A DNA stretch of 64,000 nt. Source: a bacterium. GTDB lineage: Bacteria; Bacillota; Sulfobacillia; UBA995. The DNA is taken from positions 8,818 through 72,817 of the forward strand of contig JAVHLP010000008.1 in assembly GCA_031082145.1 (NCBI GenBank), written 5' to 3'. Below are positions 49,686-59,039 of the stretch, in pieces. A program made the position numbers and the translations under genes. The notes below the pieces were generated by a model. The model was not told the DNA's origin. It saw nothing but the letters and a program-made list of their open reading frames with translations, and did not search any database. Position 1 is the stretch's first letter; every line of letters starts with the position of its first letter.

Positions 49686-52094
49686 TCAGGCCGAGGCCAG
49701 GCGGCCTCGAGCCAGCCACTCCTCAACATCCAGGGGTTGACCGAACCGGATCGCCTCCGCCTGCAGGCGCGGGGACGGCAGTTCGGCGCCCGCCGGAGAC
49801 ACTTCGGTGGCCGCTATCCCTTGCAGGATGGCCTCCAATTCCTCCCGTGCCCAGGCTTGCCATTTCCTGGCCGGTTCGGGCTCGGGCGGCGACTTCTCCA
49901 GCATCCAGCTGTCCAGGATACTCCCAACGGCGCCCTCGAACTGGCGTTGATCGGTTGACCCCACCGTTCGCAGGAGGATCAGGGCCTGCGAGAGCTGGAC
50001 AGCCGCCGTCGCCAGGATCTGATCTCCCCCTCCGTCGGCTGGAATGCGATCGAGGGCCTCCTGGGCCCTACGCCAGGCGCCGGCACGGATATGCTGGACG
50101 GCCACCAGGAGGTGGACCCGGGGGCTACCGGAAGTCACCTCCAGGGCATCATCGAGGACGGTCAAGGTCTTGCCGACATCGCCAATCCGGATGACCAACC
50201 GCAAGATGAGGGGAAGCTCCCGGGCGCCGGCGTCGCATTGACGCAGGCCGGCCTGAAGGCGTTCAAAGGCCAGTTCCGGCCATTTGTTCTCCAGACAGGT
50301 CTCGGCTATCAGCAGTTCCGTGGCCGCGGTGGGATCCAGTTCCAGGGCGCGGTCGAAGTAGGCGCGGGCCTCCTCCCGCCGGCCGACCAGGAGCTGGCAG
50401 CCGCCGACTTTCACCAGTGTCTCAGCAGAACCCGGCCGCACCCGGACCGCTTCGTCGAGGCAGTCCTTGGCGGCGGCCTCATTGCCCTGTTGGAGGTGTA
50501 GTAGCCCGCACCATATCCAACCATCGGCATCCTCCCGGTCCTGAAGCAGCAGCGCGGCGAAGGTCTGCATGGCCTCCTTCCAGTTGCCGGCCTTCCAGGC
50601 ATTGATGCCGACTTCGAGGGAGTGCTGCCGCCACCGGGCGGCGGTCTCCGGGTCCGGCCGCAGCACCATTGCCCGCTTCCAGCCTTCGGCCTTCTCGCCG
50701 GGGGGCCGGCCGCCCAGGTCCACGGCCAAGGCCCAGCCCAGCGCGAGCTGGGGATCTCCGGGATGCTGGCCGTGCGCGGCTTCAAAGGCCGCCCGAGCCC
50801 CCTCGAGGTCTCCCCCCAACAGGCAGATGAAACCCTGGATCCGGCCCAAGGTGGCATCGGCCGGCAGTTCTCTCACCTGCCGGAGGGCGTTGACAGCCTC
50901 GCCAGCCTTGCCCTGGCGGGCCAGAGCTATCCCCCGGTGAACAGCGCTCAGCGCCCTCACGTGGCCATCTCCCGCCGCCCGCGCCAGTTCACCGGCCTGG
51001 CGCCACCACTCACCCGCCTCCCGCCACTCTTCCGCGGACTCGTGAACCAGCGCGAGATTGCCGGCGGCGGCGGCGGATTTCCGGGTCTCGAAGGAACGCC
51101 TCCAGGTATCCCCCGCCTCCTGCCGCCGCCCCTCCTGCCACTGCGCGTTGCCGGCCAGGAGCTCGGCGGTGGCCAGGAGATCGGTCATCACCGGCTCTCC
51201 GGGCTTGAGTTCCAACGCTTGCCGGCAAGCCCGGACGGCTGGCGCGTGATCACCACCGGCGAGGGCGGCCAAAGCCTGCTCTTCGTAGGCAGCCAGCAGT
51301 TTGACAACACTGGCGCCACCGGCTGCCCGGCGGTACTGGTCCGCTTCTTCCATCCGGCCAAGGGCCTCGCAGACATCGCCCAGCAGGCCCGCAACCTTGG
51401 TGGCCTCTCCGGGGAAGCCGTTCTCGGCCAGGACCTGGTACTGCTCAGCCAGCCAGTCCCGGAGCCAGGCGGCCGGCTCAACCGACCGGCTCAGATCGAG
51501 GACGTCGGCCCACCAGATCTCGGGGGGAGTTGTGGCCGGATCGAGAGGCTCTAGCGCCTCTTCCGGCCGGCCCAGGGCGGCCAGGGCCAGGGCCCGCAGG
51601 CGGGCCCAACCCCACCGGGGAATGGAGTTCTCCGCCGCCGCTTCGGGGGCCGTTAGCAGGTCCAGGGCACCGGAAGGGTCTCCCTGCCGGAGGCGAGCAA
51701 GGACGCAGTAGTAGCGCGTCTCCGGGGCGGCTCCATCCAGGTCTAACCCCCGGGCCAGGTCGGCCGCGGCGCCCGCCAGGTCCCCCATGCGGTAGCGGCA
51801 CATCCCGAGCTCGTGAGCGTAGCGAGCGCTCGCGGCGTCCCACTGCACCGCCTCTTGGAGCGCAGCCAGGGCTCTCGCCATGGCCTGGGCAGTGGGCTTT
51901 CCCCGCAGGAAGGCTCGGCTTCTCTGGTAGTAGGCCCTACCCATGCGCTGCTTGACCGCGTCCACCAGTGGGGACTCGAGGTCCTGATTATTCGCCAGGA
52001 AGCCGCGCCAGACCTTGATCGCCGCGGCGGGACTGCCCTTTGCCATAAGCCTGTCGCCCCTGGCTACGAGTTGGGGAAGCTGCCCGGTAGACAC
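49686..52094 (-). CDS. Large TPR-repeat protein, paralog of 45916..48285
   Basis: TPR units and collinear C-terminal similarity to the other TPR protein; GTG at 52094 (ORF track start 52130). Confidence 0.8.
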   Translation of the reverse strand: MSTGQLPQLVARGDRLMAKGSPAAAIKVWRGFLANNQDLESPLVDAVKQRMGRAYYQRSRAFLRGKPTAQAMARALAALQEAVQWDAASARYAHELGMCRYRMGDLAGAAADLARGLDLDGAAPETRYYCVLARLRQGDPSGALDLLTAPEAAAENSIPRWGWARLRALALAALGRPEEALEPLDPATTPPEIWWADVLDLSRSVEPAAWLRDWLAEQYQVLAENGFPGEATKVAGLLGDVCEALGRMEEADQYRRAAGGASVVKLLAAYEEQALAALAGGDHAPAVRACRQALELKPGEPVMTDLLATAELLAGNAQWQEGRRQEAGDTWRRSFETRKSAAAAGNLALVHESAEEWREAGEWWRQAGELARAAGDGHVRALSAVHRGIALARQGKAGEAVNALRQVRELPADATLGRIQGFICLLGGDLEGARAAFEAAHGQHPGDPQLALGWALAVDLGGRPPGEKAEGWKRAMVLRPDPETAARWRQHSLEVGINAWKAGNWKEAMQTFAALLLQDREDADGWIWCGLLHLQQGNEAAAKDCLDEAVRVRPGSAETLVKVGGCQLLVGRREEARAYFDRALELDPTAATELLIAETCLENKWPELAFERLQAGLRQCDAGARELPLILRLVIRIGDVGKTLTVLDDALEVTSGSPRVHLLVAVQHIRAGAWRRAQEALDRIPADGGGDQILATAAVQLSQALILLRTVGSTDQRQFEGAVGSILDSWMLEKSPPEPEPARKWQAWAREELEAILQGIAATEVSPAGAELPSPRLQAEAIRFGQPLDVEEWLARGRLASA

Positions 52095-52278
52095 GGAGGA
52101 GTGGCCCCCTTTTTCATTGGGTTGGACCACTATATTCCGCTAGCGGCCAACGGGTGACGAGAGTCCCGGGTCGCCCGGCCCAGAGCGCCGGGGCCCGAAC
52201 AATGGCCGCTTACCCAGTCTCTCCACGGCGCCACCATCGATTGACCACATCTCCCCGCTAAACTCTCTCGGGAGGGGG

Positions 52279-53655
52279 ATGCTGGTGAAGCCGAGGCCAC
52301 TGCCCTGGCAGCCGATCGCCCGAAACCTCACCCAGCTCGGCTTCTTAATCGCGGTCCTCTACGCGGGGATTGGCCGCCACTTGGGCTGGCGGCTGCCCAC
52401 GGTGGACGCCATCTGCCCCTTCGGCGCCCTGGAAGGGGCCTGGCACCTGATCGCCCATGGCCGGTACCTGGGCAAGCTCTTCCCTTCTAACCTCGTCGTG
52501 GCCGGAGCCGTCGCCGCCTCCGTCTTGCTGGCCGGGGCGGCCTTCTGCGGCTGGATCTGCCCCCTGGGGACGCTCCAGGATTGGCTGTCCCGGCTGGGGC
52601 GACGCCTCCGGCTGCCTGTTCTCCGGGTGGCACCGGCGGTTGAGCGCCGCCTGGCCCACCTTCGCTTCCTCACCCTGGCCGTGATCCTCGGGCTCACGAT
52701 CCACGCCACCGAACTGGTCTTCAGCGAGGTCTGCCCTTACCGGGCCATCTTCAGCGCCACCTGGCTGTTTTCGCCGGCTTGGCGGGACTGGCCGGCCTAC
52801 GCCCTGGCCGGCGCCATCCTCCTGGCCGCCCTGTTTGTGGGCAGGGCCTGGTGCCGCTTCCTCTGCCCCCTGGGGGCTGTCTTGTCCGTGGTCTCCCGGC
52901 TCAGCCTGGCCCGAGTCAGGTGCAACCCGGAAGCCTGCACCGGTTGCGGGATCTGCCGGCAGGCCTGCCCCATGAACCTCGATCCCCAGGCTGCCCCTGG
53001 CCCCGCTCCTTCCTGCCTGGCGTGCCTGGAGTGCGTCAGGGCTTGCCCGCGACCGGAGGCCCTGGCCCTCTCCTGCCGCAGGCCGTGGCTGTTGCCCCGG
53101 CCTGCCCAGCCGCTGCTGCCGTTGGCTGCCGTTCTCGTCTTCGCCGGGGTGATCGCCCTCGCCAGCACTACCGGGGTCTGGGCCACCTCCGGCATGGGGC
53201 AGGCCTACCACTCCGCCCTGGCCTCGGGCGAACGCCTGGCCCCGGAGGATATCCGGGGCTGGATGACCCTGGCCGACGTCTCGCGGGCCACCGGCGTACC
53301 GCTCGAGCACCTCTACGCGGCGGGACAACTCCCCCCGGACCTCTCCCCTACCACTCCCCTGCGGGAGTTGGAGCAGCGGCTGGGATTTGAAACGCAGGAT
53401 GCCCGGCAGATAGTGGCCGACTACTACCGGGAACACCCCGACACCCGCATCGAGCCTGCCGGCCCCGCCCCGGTCAGGCTCAGGGGCCGTACGACGTTGG
53501 ACGAGATCGCCACCGGGTACGGGATCCCCGGGGACAGACTACTGGGGCTCCTGGGCCTACCCGCCACCACTCCGGGCTCCGCCTCCCTGACATCGCTGGG
53601 GCTCAACCCGTCAAGGGTGCAAAGGATGGTGGAAGCCGGCCTGGGCGACCGGTAG
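52279..53655 (+). CDS. Membrane 4Fe-4S protein (YccM/NapH-like) with C-terminal small repeated domains
   Basis: CPFG, FCGWICPLG, WCRFLCPLG and two ferredoxin motifs; C-terminal IRGWMTL / LRGRTTL repeats. Confidence 0.85.
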   Translation: MLVKPRPLPWQPIARNLTQLGFLIAVLYAGIGRHLGWRLPTVDAICPFGALEGAWHLIAHGRYLGKLFPSNLVVAGAVAASVLLAGAAFCGWICPLGTLQDWLSRLGRRLRLPVLRVAPAVERRLAHLRFLTLAVILGLTIHATELVFSEVCPYRAIFSATWLFSPAWRDWPAYALAGAILLAALFVGRAWCRFLCPLGAVLSVVSRLSLARVRCNPEACTGCGICRQACPMNLDPQAAPGPAPSCLACLECVRACPRPEALALSCRRPWLLPRPAQPLLPLAAVLVFAGVIALASTTGVWATSGMGQAYHSALASGERLAPEDIRGWMTLADVSRATGVPLEHLYAAGQLPPDLSPTTPLRELEQRLGFETQDARQIVADYYREHPDTRIEPAGPAPVRLRGRTTLDEIATGYGIPGDRLLGLLGLPATTPGSASLTSLGLNPSRVQRMVEAGLGDR

Positions 53656-53676
53656 GGCGAGGCGAGCCGTCTCTCG

Positions 53677-54558
53677 TCACCCTCCCCCCGCCTGCCACCG
53701 GAAGCGGAACAGGCAGCGTTGATCGCCCCGGGCCAGCAGTTCCGGACGTTCCAGGACCATGTCGGCGTTGAAGGCCCTCACCCGCTCGATGTCGGCCGCG
53801 CAGAAGAGCGGCTCCGTTGCCCCGGGCAGTCCCCGCTGGGCCAAGTGTAGTGCTAGCGGGCAGCGGCTGACCTCCACCTCCACCCCGTCATCGTCCAGCC
53901 TGAGGGTCCGGTAGACGAAGCCCCGCTCCTCATCGGAGGGGTTGAACAGGAAGCGATGGAGAGCCTCCATGTCTCTGGCCTCGCCACGGGCAGCCATCTC
54001 GCCGGCGCGCGTTTCGGCAGCGTCGGCCGCTTGGCGATGGTATATGGCGGCCAGGACTTCCAGCGCGCGGTCGTCGCCCGCCTGCTGGAGCGCGGCCAGG
54101 AGACGGAACAACAGGTCCCGGTAGTAGAAGCCGGCATCCACTTCCCCTCTCTGGCCGCCGGTCGGAAGGGAAAACCCGTCTAACAGATCCTGAAGATCTG
54201 CCGTCCGGTGGTAAAAACGCACCACCCTGGCGATACCCCGCAAGGTGTCGCTGACGTCCGCTCCGGTCACCGCCACAACGAAGACCGGCTTGCCGAGAGC
54301 ATGCCCGTACCCTGCCTCGATGCCTAACCCCACCCCCTTCTCGGAGAGCTCGACCAGGACGACATCCGAGGCCTGGATGAGGTCAACCGTCCTCGCCATC
54401 AGGTCCCGACAGGAGTATCGGCGGCCTCCCCATTCTTCCAGGTCGCGGGCCACGCACACGACCCGGTGCCCGCGAGCCCCCAGGGTAGCGATGATCTCCT
54501 CCACCAGCCCCCGGTTGCGGTGGTCGGCGTGATACTTGATGCTCAGGAAGATCTGCAC
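53677..54558 (-). CDS. Nucleoside 2-deoxyribosyltransferase-like domain fused to an ATC-hydrolase-like domain
   Basis: N-terminal SDVVLVELSEKGVGLGIEAGY; C-terminal VSRCPL...FCAAD...LARGDQRCLFRF. Confidence 0.7.
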   Translation of the reverse strand: MQIFLSIKYHADHRNRGLVEEIIATLGARGHRVVCVARDLEEWGGRRYSCRDLMARTVDLIQASDVVLVELSEKGVGLGIEAGYGHALGKPVFVVAVTGADVSDTLRGIARVVRFYHRTADLQDLLDGFSLPTGGQRGEVDAGFYYRDLLFRLLAALQQAGDDRALEVLAAIYHRQAADAAETRAGEMAARGEARDMEALHRFLFNPSDEERGFVYRTLRLDDDGVEVEVSRCPLALHLAQRGLPGATEPLFCAADIERVRAFNADMVLERPELLARGDQRCLFRFRWQAGGG

Positions 54559-54855
54559 CCCGATCCCTCCCCCGGCCCCCCCCAAGCCCGGTGCAGGCCG
54601 GCGTCCCTCACTTCGCCGCTCGGATCGCACTGTCCTCGGGCCGGAGGCTGAAGCCGGGCTAGCGGGGTGTCCCACGTTGCCCCTGCCGACGCACAGCCGC
54701 ATTCTTCTGCATTTTTCGCCTTCCCCCGGCAGGAATGGCAGCATCGGGCACGAAGTAACATCGCGGTATGCGGTTTCTTTTTTGGCCTCCCTTCCTCATC
54801 AGAGATGAGTGGTGGTGAGGAGCGGGAACACGGGTGGCCGATGGGAGGGTTGCTC

Positions 54856-55875
54856 ATGCCTGAGCTCTGCAAGGTGTCAGACGTGGTCCTGGCCCTGGAC
54901 CGGATCACCGGTGGCCGCGTCGTGACGGAGACGGCTGATCTGTTCTCGGGTACCAACCGGTTTGTGGTCACCAAGTCGTCCGGAATCCCCGGCAAGGCGG
55001 TCACCGAGACTCCAGGCTTGGTCTTCGGCGACCCCGCACAAGCGGTGAGGCGCCTGGCGGTCAGCATGACGCTGACCGAGTCCCAACTGGAACTGGCCGG
55101 TGCCACCGGCATCGACGCCATCGTGGCCCACCATCCGGTGGCGGACGCCGCCAACTCGGGGGGAGTCCCCCTCAAGAGCTACGTTTCGCTTTACAGCATC
55201 GCCATCCTTGAGCTCCACGAGGCTTTCCACGGGCTGCACCCAGGCCTCCCCTTCATCCACGGTCACCGCAGCTTCCGGGTTGACGTAGCTTACGGCGGCA
55301 TACCGGGCAACGTCATGTATGTGGGTACCGCCCTGGAGGGTGTCAGCACGGCCGGCGATGTCCTGACCCGGCTGGAGTCTTTCGGGGGCTTTGACGTCGA
55401 ACATGCCTTGCTCCAACAGGAGCGGGAACTCAGGGGCAACGACAACATCCAGGAGACCAACGCGGCCACGGGAGCCTGCATCCTGAACGGAAGCCCCGCA
55501 AGCCCCGTGAAGACCATCCTGCACATCTTCCCGCACACTGGGTTCAGCGTGGCCCATCTCGAGCAGGCCCTGCAGGAGCACCCGGAGATCGACACCGTGG
55601 TCGCTTCCATCAGCCGCGTCCGGCCCGGTCACCCCCTTGTCGAGAAGGCAAACGAGCGGGGCCTGACCTTTGTCCTGGGCAACACTCACGCCCTCGAGAT
55701 CCTGGAGAACGGGATGCCCCTGGCGGTGGCCCTGGAAGCCCTGTTGCCGGGAGTAGAAGTGCTGCTCCTCCGGGAGAGAGCGACGCTGGTACCCCTGGTT
55801 GCGGCCGGGACGCCGGCAATTCGCACCTACGCTCGCGATATTGCGGAGCGCTTCCTGATCCCCGACCGATCCTGA
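54856..55875 (+). CDS. Divergent Nif3-like metal-binding protein
   Basis: VSMTLTE, IVAHHP, ELHEAFHG and GNTHALE motifs. Confidence 0.7.
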   Translation: MPELCKVSDVVLALDRITGGRVVTETADLFSGTNRFVVTKSSGIPGKAVTETPGLVFGDPAQAVRRLAVSMTLTESQLELAGATGIDAIVAHHPVADAANSGGVPLKSYVSLYSIAILELHEAFHGLHPGLPFIHGHRSFRVDVAYGGIPGNVMYVGTALEGVSTAGDVLTRLESFGGFDVEHALLQQERELRGNDNIQETNAATGACILNGSPASPVKTILHIFPHTGFSVAHLEQALQEHPEIDTVVASISRVRPGHPLVEKANERGLTFVLGNTHALEILENGMPLAVALEALLPGVEVLLLRERATLVPLVAAGTPAIRTYARDIAERFLIPDRS

Positions 55876-55949
55876 CGGGAGGTGAGATGCCAAGCGAACC
55901 CGATTCCCCAAAGAGTCACAACACGCCTTCATCAGAGGAGGTAAGGTGC

Positions 55950-57023
55950 GTGAGCAAGCCTGCCAAGCGACCCTTCTCCAACATTGAGATTGTCGGCTTC
56001 TGTGTTCTGGGCCTGGTCCTCCTGGGGCTCTTCTTCAACCCGGGCTTCGTGGGCGGCATCTTCAACGCCATGGTGAACCGGGTGAAGGCGGTCGTGGTGG
56101 ACATCTACCTCATGGGCACGCTGGCCGTAGCCATCATCACTAGCGTGATCATGGGCCGGGTCCTGGAGCGGCTCGGCCTCACCGACGCCTTGCTGCGGGT
56201 GTTCATGCCGGTCGCCTCGTGGCTGAACATCAACCCCACGGTGGTCGTGCCCGGGGTGTACAATATCCTGGGTGACATCAACGCCGCCGGCCGTATCGCG
56301 GCTCCGGTGCTCAAGAAGGCAGGAGCGACCAAGGACGAGCAGAAGATCGCCGTCGCTACCATGGTCAACTCCCAGCAGTCCTTCTCCACTTTCATGCTCG
56401 GCCTGATCGCCCTCACCGCTGCGGGCATCTGGGCCTTCCCGGTCGTCATCATCGCCATCTTTGGTCCTCTCGTCATCGTACCCTTGCTTCTCGGCAAGAC
56501 CATCTACCGCAAGACGAAGCGGGTGGAGCTGGCCGAACTCCCCGCCTTTACCCCGAAGACCGGCGCCCTGCCAACCTTGTTTGGCGCCGGCCGGGAAGGG
56601 GCCGAGCTTGTGTTCCTGCTGATCATCCCCGCGGCCACGGTCGTCTTCGCCATCATCGGCGCCCTGGACTTCATCGGGATCTGGAAGTCCATCGAGGCCG
56701 GGCTGACCAGCGGGCTGCAGGCACTGTCCATTGACCCCCAGACCGGCATTCTGTCCGTGCTGGCCTCGCCCACCCTGGCCATGAGTATCTTGAAGGACAA
56801 CGCCGCCAACCTCGCCCCGGCCATGGTGCTGGGGTCGTTCGTGCTGGCGGCGTCCGGCCTGCCCCTGCAGGTCGTGTTTGGCCAGGTCCCGGCCGTATGG
56901 GCGGCCAACTCCGATCTCAACGAGCGGGAGGCCATGGAGGCCGCCGTCATCGGCAGCGTGTTCCGCGTGATCACTGCCGTGGTGCTGGCCCTGGTCCTGA
57001 CCCCGCTACTCATGATCCGCTAG
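55950..57023 (+). CDS. Polytopic membrane protein (possible transporter)
   Basis: Many hydrophobic segments and strong codon bias; co-oriented with the upstream gene. Confidence 0.75.
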   Translation: MSKPAKRPFSNIEIVGFCVLGLVLLGLFFNPGFVGGIFNAMVNRVKAVVVDIYLMGTLAVAIITSVIMGRVLERLGLTDALLRVFMPVASWLNINPTVVVPGVYNILGDINAAGRIAAPVLKKAGATKDEQKIAVATMVNSQQSFSTFMLGLIALTAAGIWAFPVVIIAIFGPLVIVPLLLGKTIYRKTKRVELAELPAFTPKTGALPTLFGAGREGAELVFLLIIPAATVVFAIIGALDFIGIWKSIEAGLTSGLQALSIDPQTGILSVLASPTLAMSILKDNAANLAPAMVLGSFVLAASGLPLQVVFGQVPAVWAANSDLNEREAMEAAVIGSVFRVITAVVLALVLTPLLMIR

Positions 57024-57034
57024 CCGGATACGCA

Positions 57035-57066
57035 AGAACGCCCCCTCCTTCAAGAGGGGGCGTTCT
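57035..57066. terminator. Probable bidirectional terminator
   Basis: Perfect 13-bp stem AGAACGCCCCCTC/GAGGGGGCGTTCT between convergent genes. Confidence 0.8.
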
Positions 57067-57080
57067 GTCTTCCTCCGAAC

Positions 57081-57542
57081 TCAGTGCAGCAGGGGCTCGA
57101 GATCCACCACGAACGCTCCCCGTGACTCCCAGTCTATCCTGACGTCCGGTCGCCCCAAGGGTATGTCCAGCGATCGGCCCTGCTCGGGATCGGTGATCCG
57201 CAACGAGAACTCGCTGCCGAAGAGCCCCACGTCGAGCACGGCGTTGGTGTCGACGTGTAGCTTGAGCCCCCGGTAGTTGTCGCCAATCTCGCTGCTGACG
57301 GCAGGCAACGCTTCCAGCGGCCCCAACCCCAGCCCGGCAGCAGTTGACTCGTGGCCATAGGCCGCCTCCCGCCCACAGGCGGCCACCCGCTTGCCCAGGA
57401 TGACCATTCCGTTTATCAGGTAGCGATCCAACCCCCGGCTGCCCGCCACCGGCTCGCCCGACCGGGTCAGGTGGAGTTCGAACCGGGTAGTGTCGTCCAC
57501 CGACAACGAGGTCTCGGTATAGAGCTCCACGCCCAGCTTCAC
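57081..57542 (-). CDS. Hypothetical protein (~153 aa)
   Basis: GTG at 57542 after AAGGGGGTGAGG; protein-like composition. Confidence 0.65.
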   Translation of the reverse strand: MKLGVELYTETSLSVDDTTRFELHLTRSGEPVAGSRGLDRYLINGMVILGKRVAACGREAAYGHESTAAGLGLGPLEALPAVSSEIGDNYRGLKLHVDTNAVLDVGLFGSEFSLRITDPEQGRSLDIPLGRPDVRIDWESRGAFVVDLEPLLH

Positions 57543-57621
57543 CTGCCTCACCCCCTTCCGCTGGCCGCGTTCCAGGCTATGCGGGACATCTGTCAGGGGT
57601 GAGCGGGCGGGCCGATGGGAC

Positions 57622-58422
57622 TCAGTCCAGCAGCTCGCGCAGTCGCCCCATCTGACGCCGGAGTGCCCCGGGATCACTGCGGATCTGATCCTGCTCTCTC
57701 ATGCCGCCGTACTCCAGGGTCAACACCCGCGGCCGGCACCGATGCAGCGCCCACCGCAGCAGTTCGTAGCCTTCGCCGCCGATCTCCTCGTGCCAGTCAT
57801 CCAGCACGCCGTCGACGACCGCCGGCCCGGAGATATGGATCTCCTCCACGCGATCCAGCGGCAGCCAGGAGAGGTAGTCCCCCACGGTTTCGCCCCGGTA
57901 CCACGATGTGACCTGCGCATGAGCCAGGTCCAAGAGGAACTGGCAGCCGGCGGCGTCCACCACCCGGCTGATGAACCGGGGGTCACCGGTGAAGGCGGGG
58001 AATGCGGGTTGCCCCAGGGCGGGCACGCCCACCGGCTCGTTCTCCAGGTGCACGGGCAGGAGGGTGGTCGCCTCCAGGATTCGCACGTCGGCAACGATCC
58101 GCTCTAGGACGATGTCGGCGCCGACGGCTTCGAGATCCATCGCCGGGTAGCCGAGATGTACGGAGAGATAGCGGGAACCGGCCAGCTTAATAGCTTGCAG
58201 CAGGCTATGCGGGTCGAACTCCCCGGCGAAACGGTCATCTCCGGGGCTCGAGGTCTGGACTAGCCCATGAAGCAGTATTCTCCCCGCTTGGTAGAGCCCT
58301 CGAAGAGCGTCCTGGTGGGCGAGCAAGGTCCGGGGGTACATTTTGACCAGGTCAACCAGGTCCGGTTCTCTCTCCAGCAGGGCCAAGAGCGCCGGCGAGC
58401 AGTTTGCGGCAAGCAGGGTCAC
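57622..58422 (-). CDS. DUF692-family (MNIO-like) TIM-barrel metalloprotein
   Basis: LLHG, SVHLG, HLENEP, LLDLAHA, EIHISG, DWH and TLEY metal-ligand pattern. Confidence 0.8.
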   Translation of the reverse strand: MTLLAANCSPALLALLEREPDLVDLVKMYPRTLLAHQDALRGLYQAGRILLHGLVQTSSPGDDRFAGEFDPHSLLQAIKLAGSRYLSVHLGYPAMDLEAVGADIVLERIVADVRILEATTLLPVHLENEPVGVPALGQPAFPAFTGDPRFISRVVDAAGCQFLLDLAHAQVTSWYRGETVGDYLSWLPLDRVEEIHISGPAVVDGVLDDWHEEIGGEGYELLRWALHRCRPRVLTLEYGGMREQDQIRSDPGALRRQMGRLRELLD

Positions 58423-58727
58423 GGCATCAACCTCCCGGGACTATATGACGGAATCGGGGGCACAACGGTCTCGACGGTCAGGGAGGCCGGTACTCGACCC
58501 GGCGACTCATACCGCAAGGCCGCCACCGGCTCCATGCGCGCGGCCCGCCGGGCCGGCCACATCCCGAAGAACAGCCCCACCGCCAGTGAGAAGCCGAAGG
58601 CTAGTCCTATCCCCCACCACGATGTGGCCACGGGCAGGTGGCGGATGAGCCGGGCGGCCAGCCTGGCTCCCCCGATCCCCACGGCGATCCCGATCAGCCC
58701 GCCGGCCACGGAGAGAACGGCGGCCTC
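58419..58727 (-). pseudogene. Orphan 3' fragment of the ABC permease gene
   Basis: Encodes EAAVLS...[16 protein letters not shown] and has no 5' part; its stop overlaps the DUF692 GTG. Confidence 0.85.
58518..58727. repeat. Direct repeat, copy 1 (210 bp)
   Basis: Ungapped match to 62097..62306; about 8 mismatches counted by eye. Confidence 0.95.
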
Positions 58728-58958
58728 CAGTCTTTGCTGCCGTTACTCCTTCGGCCGTGAGCACGATGGGTCCGACGGCATTACGTACCACCAACCCCGG
58801 GAGAGATGACGATGTCAGCATCTGTCTCCCCTGCGGCGTACGGCGCACGCTGGACGCTGGGCAGGAGGACTACTAGTGCTGACTTCGAGACCAGAACCAT
58901 CTCCCTCCTCTCGCGTGGGAAGGGCTTGGCCCAACCCCTCGGCCTAACGGCACCTGAG

Positions 58959-58998
58959 GAGCGGGGTATGGCGCGACGCCGCGTCATACCCCTCGCTC
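58959..58998 (-). terminator. Stem-loop after the candidate precursor gene
   Basis: GAGCG-GGGTATGGCGCG / CGCGTCATACCC-CT-CGCTC inverted repeat, about 40 nt after the stop. Confidence 0.55.
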
Positions 58999-59039
58999 TC
59001 CATGCGCTTGTTCGGCACACCGAGATCGCGCCCGGCACC

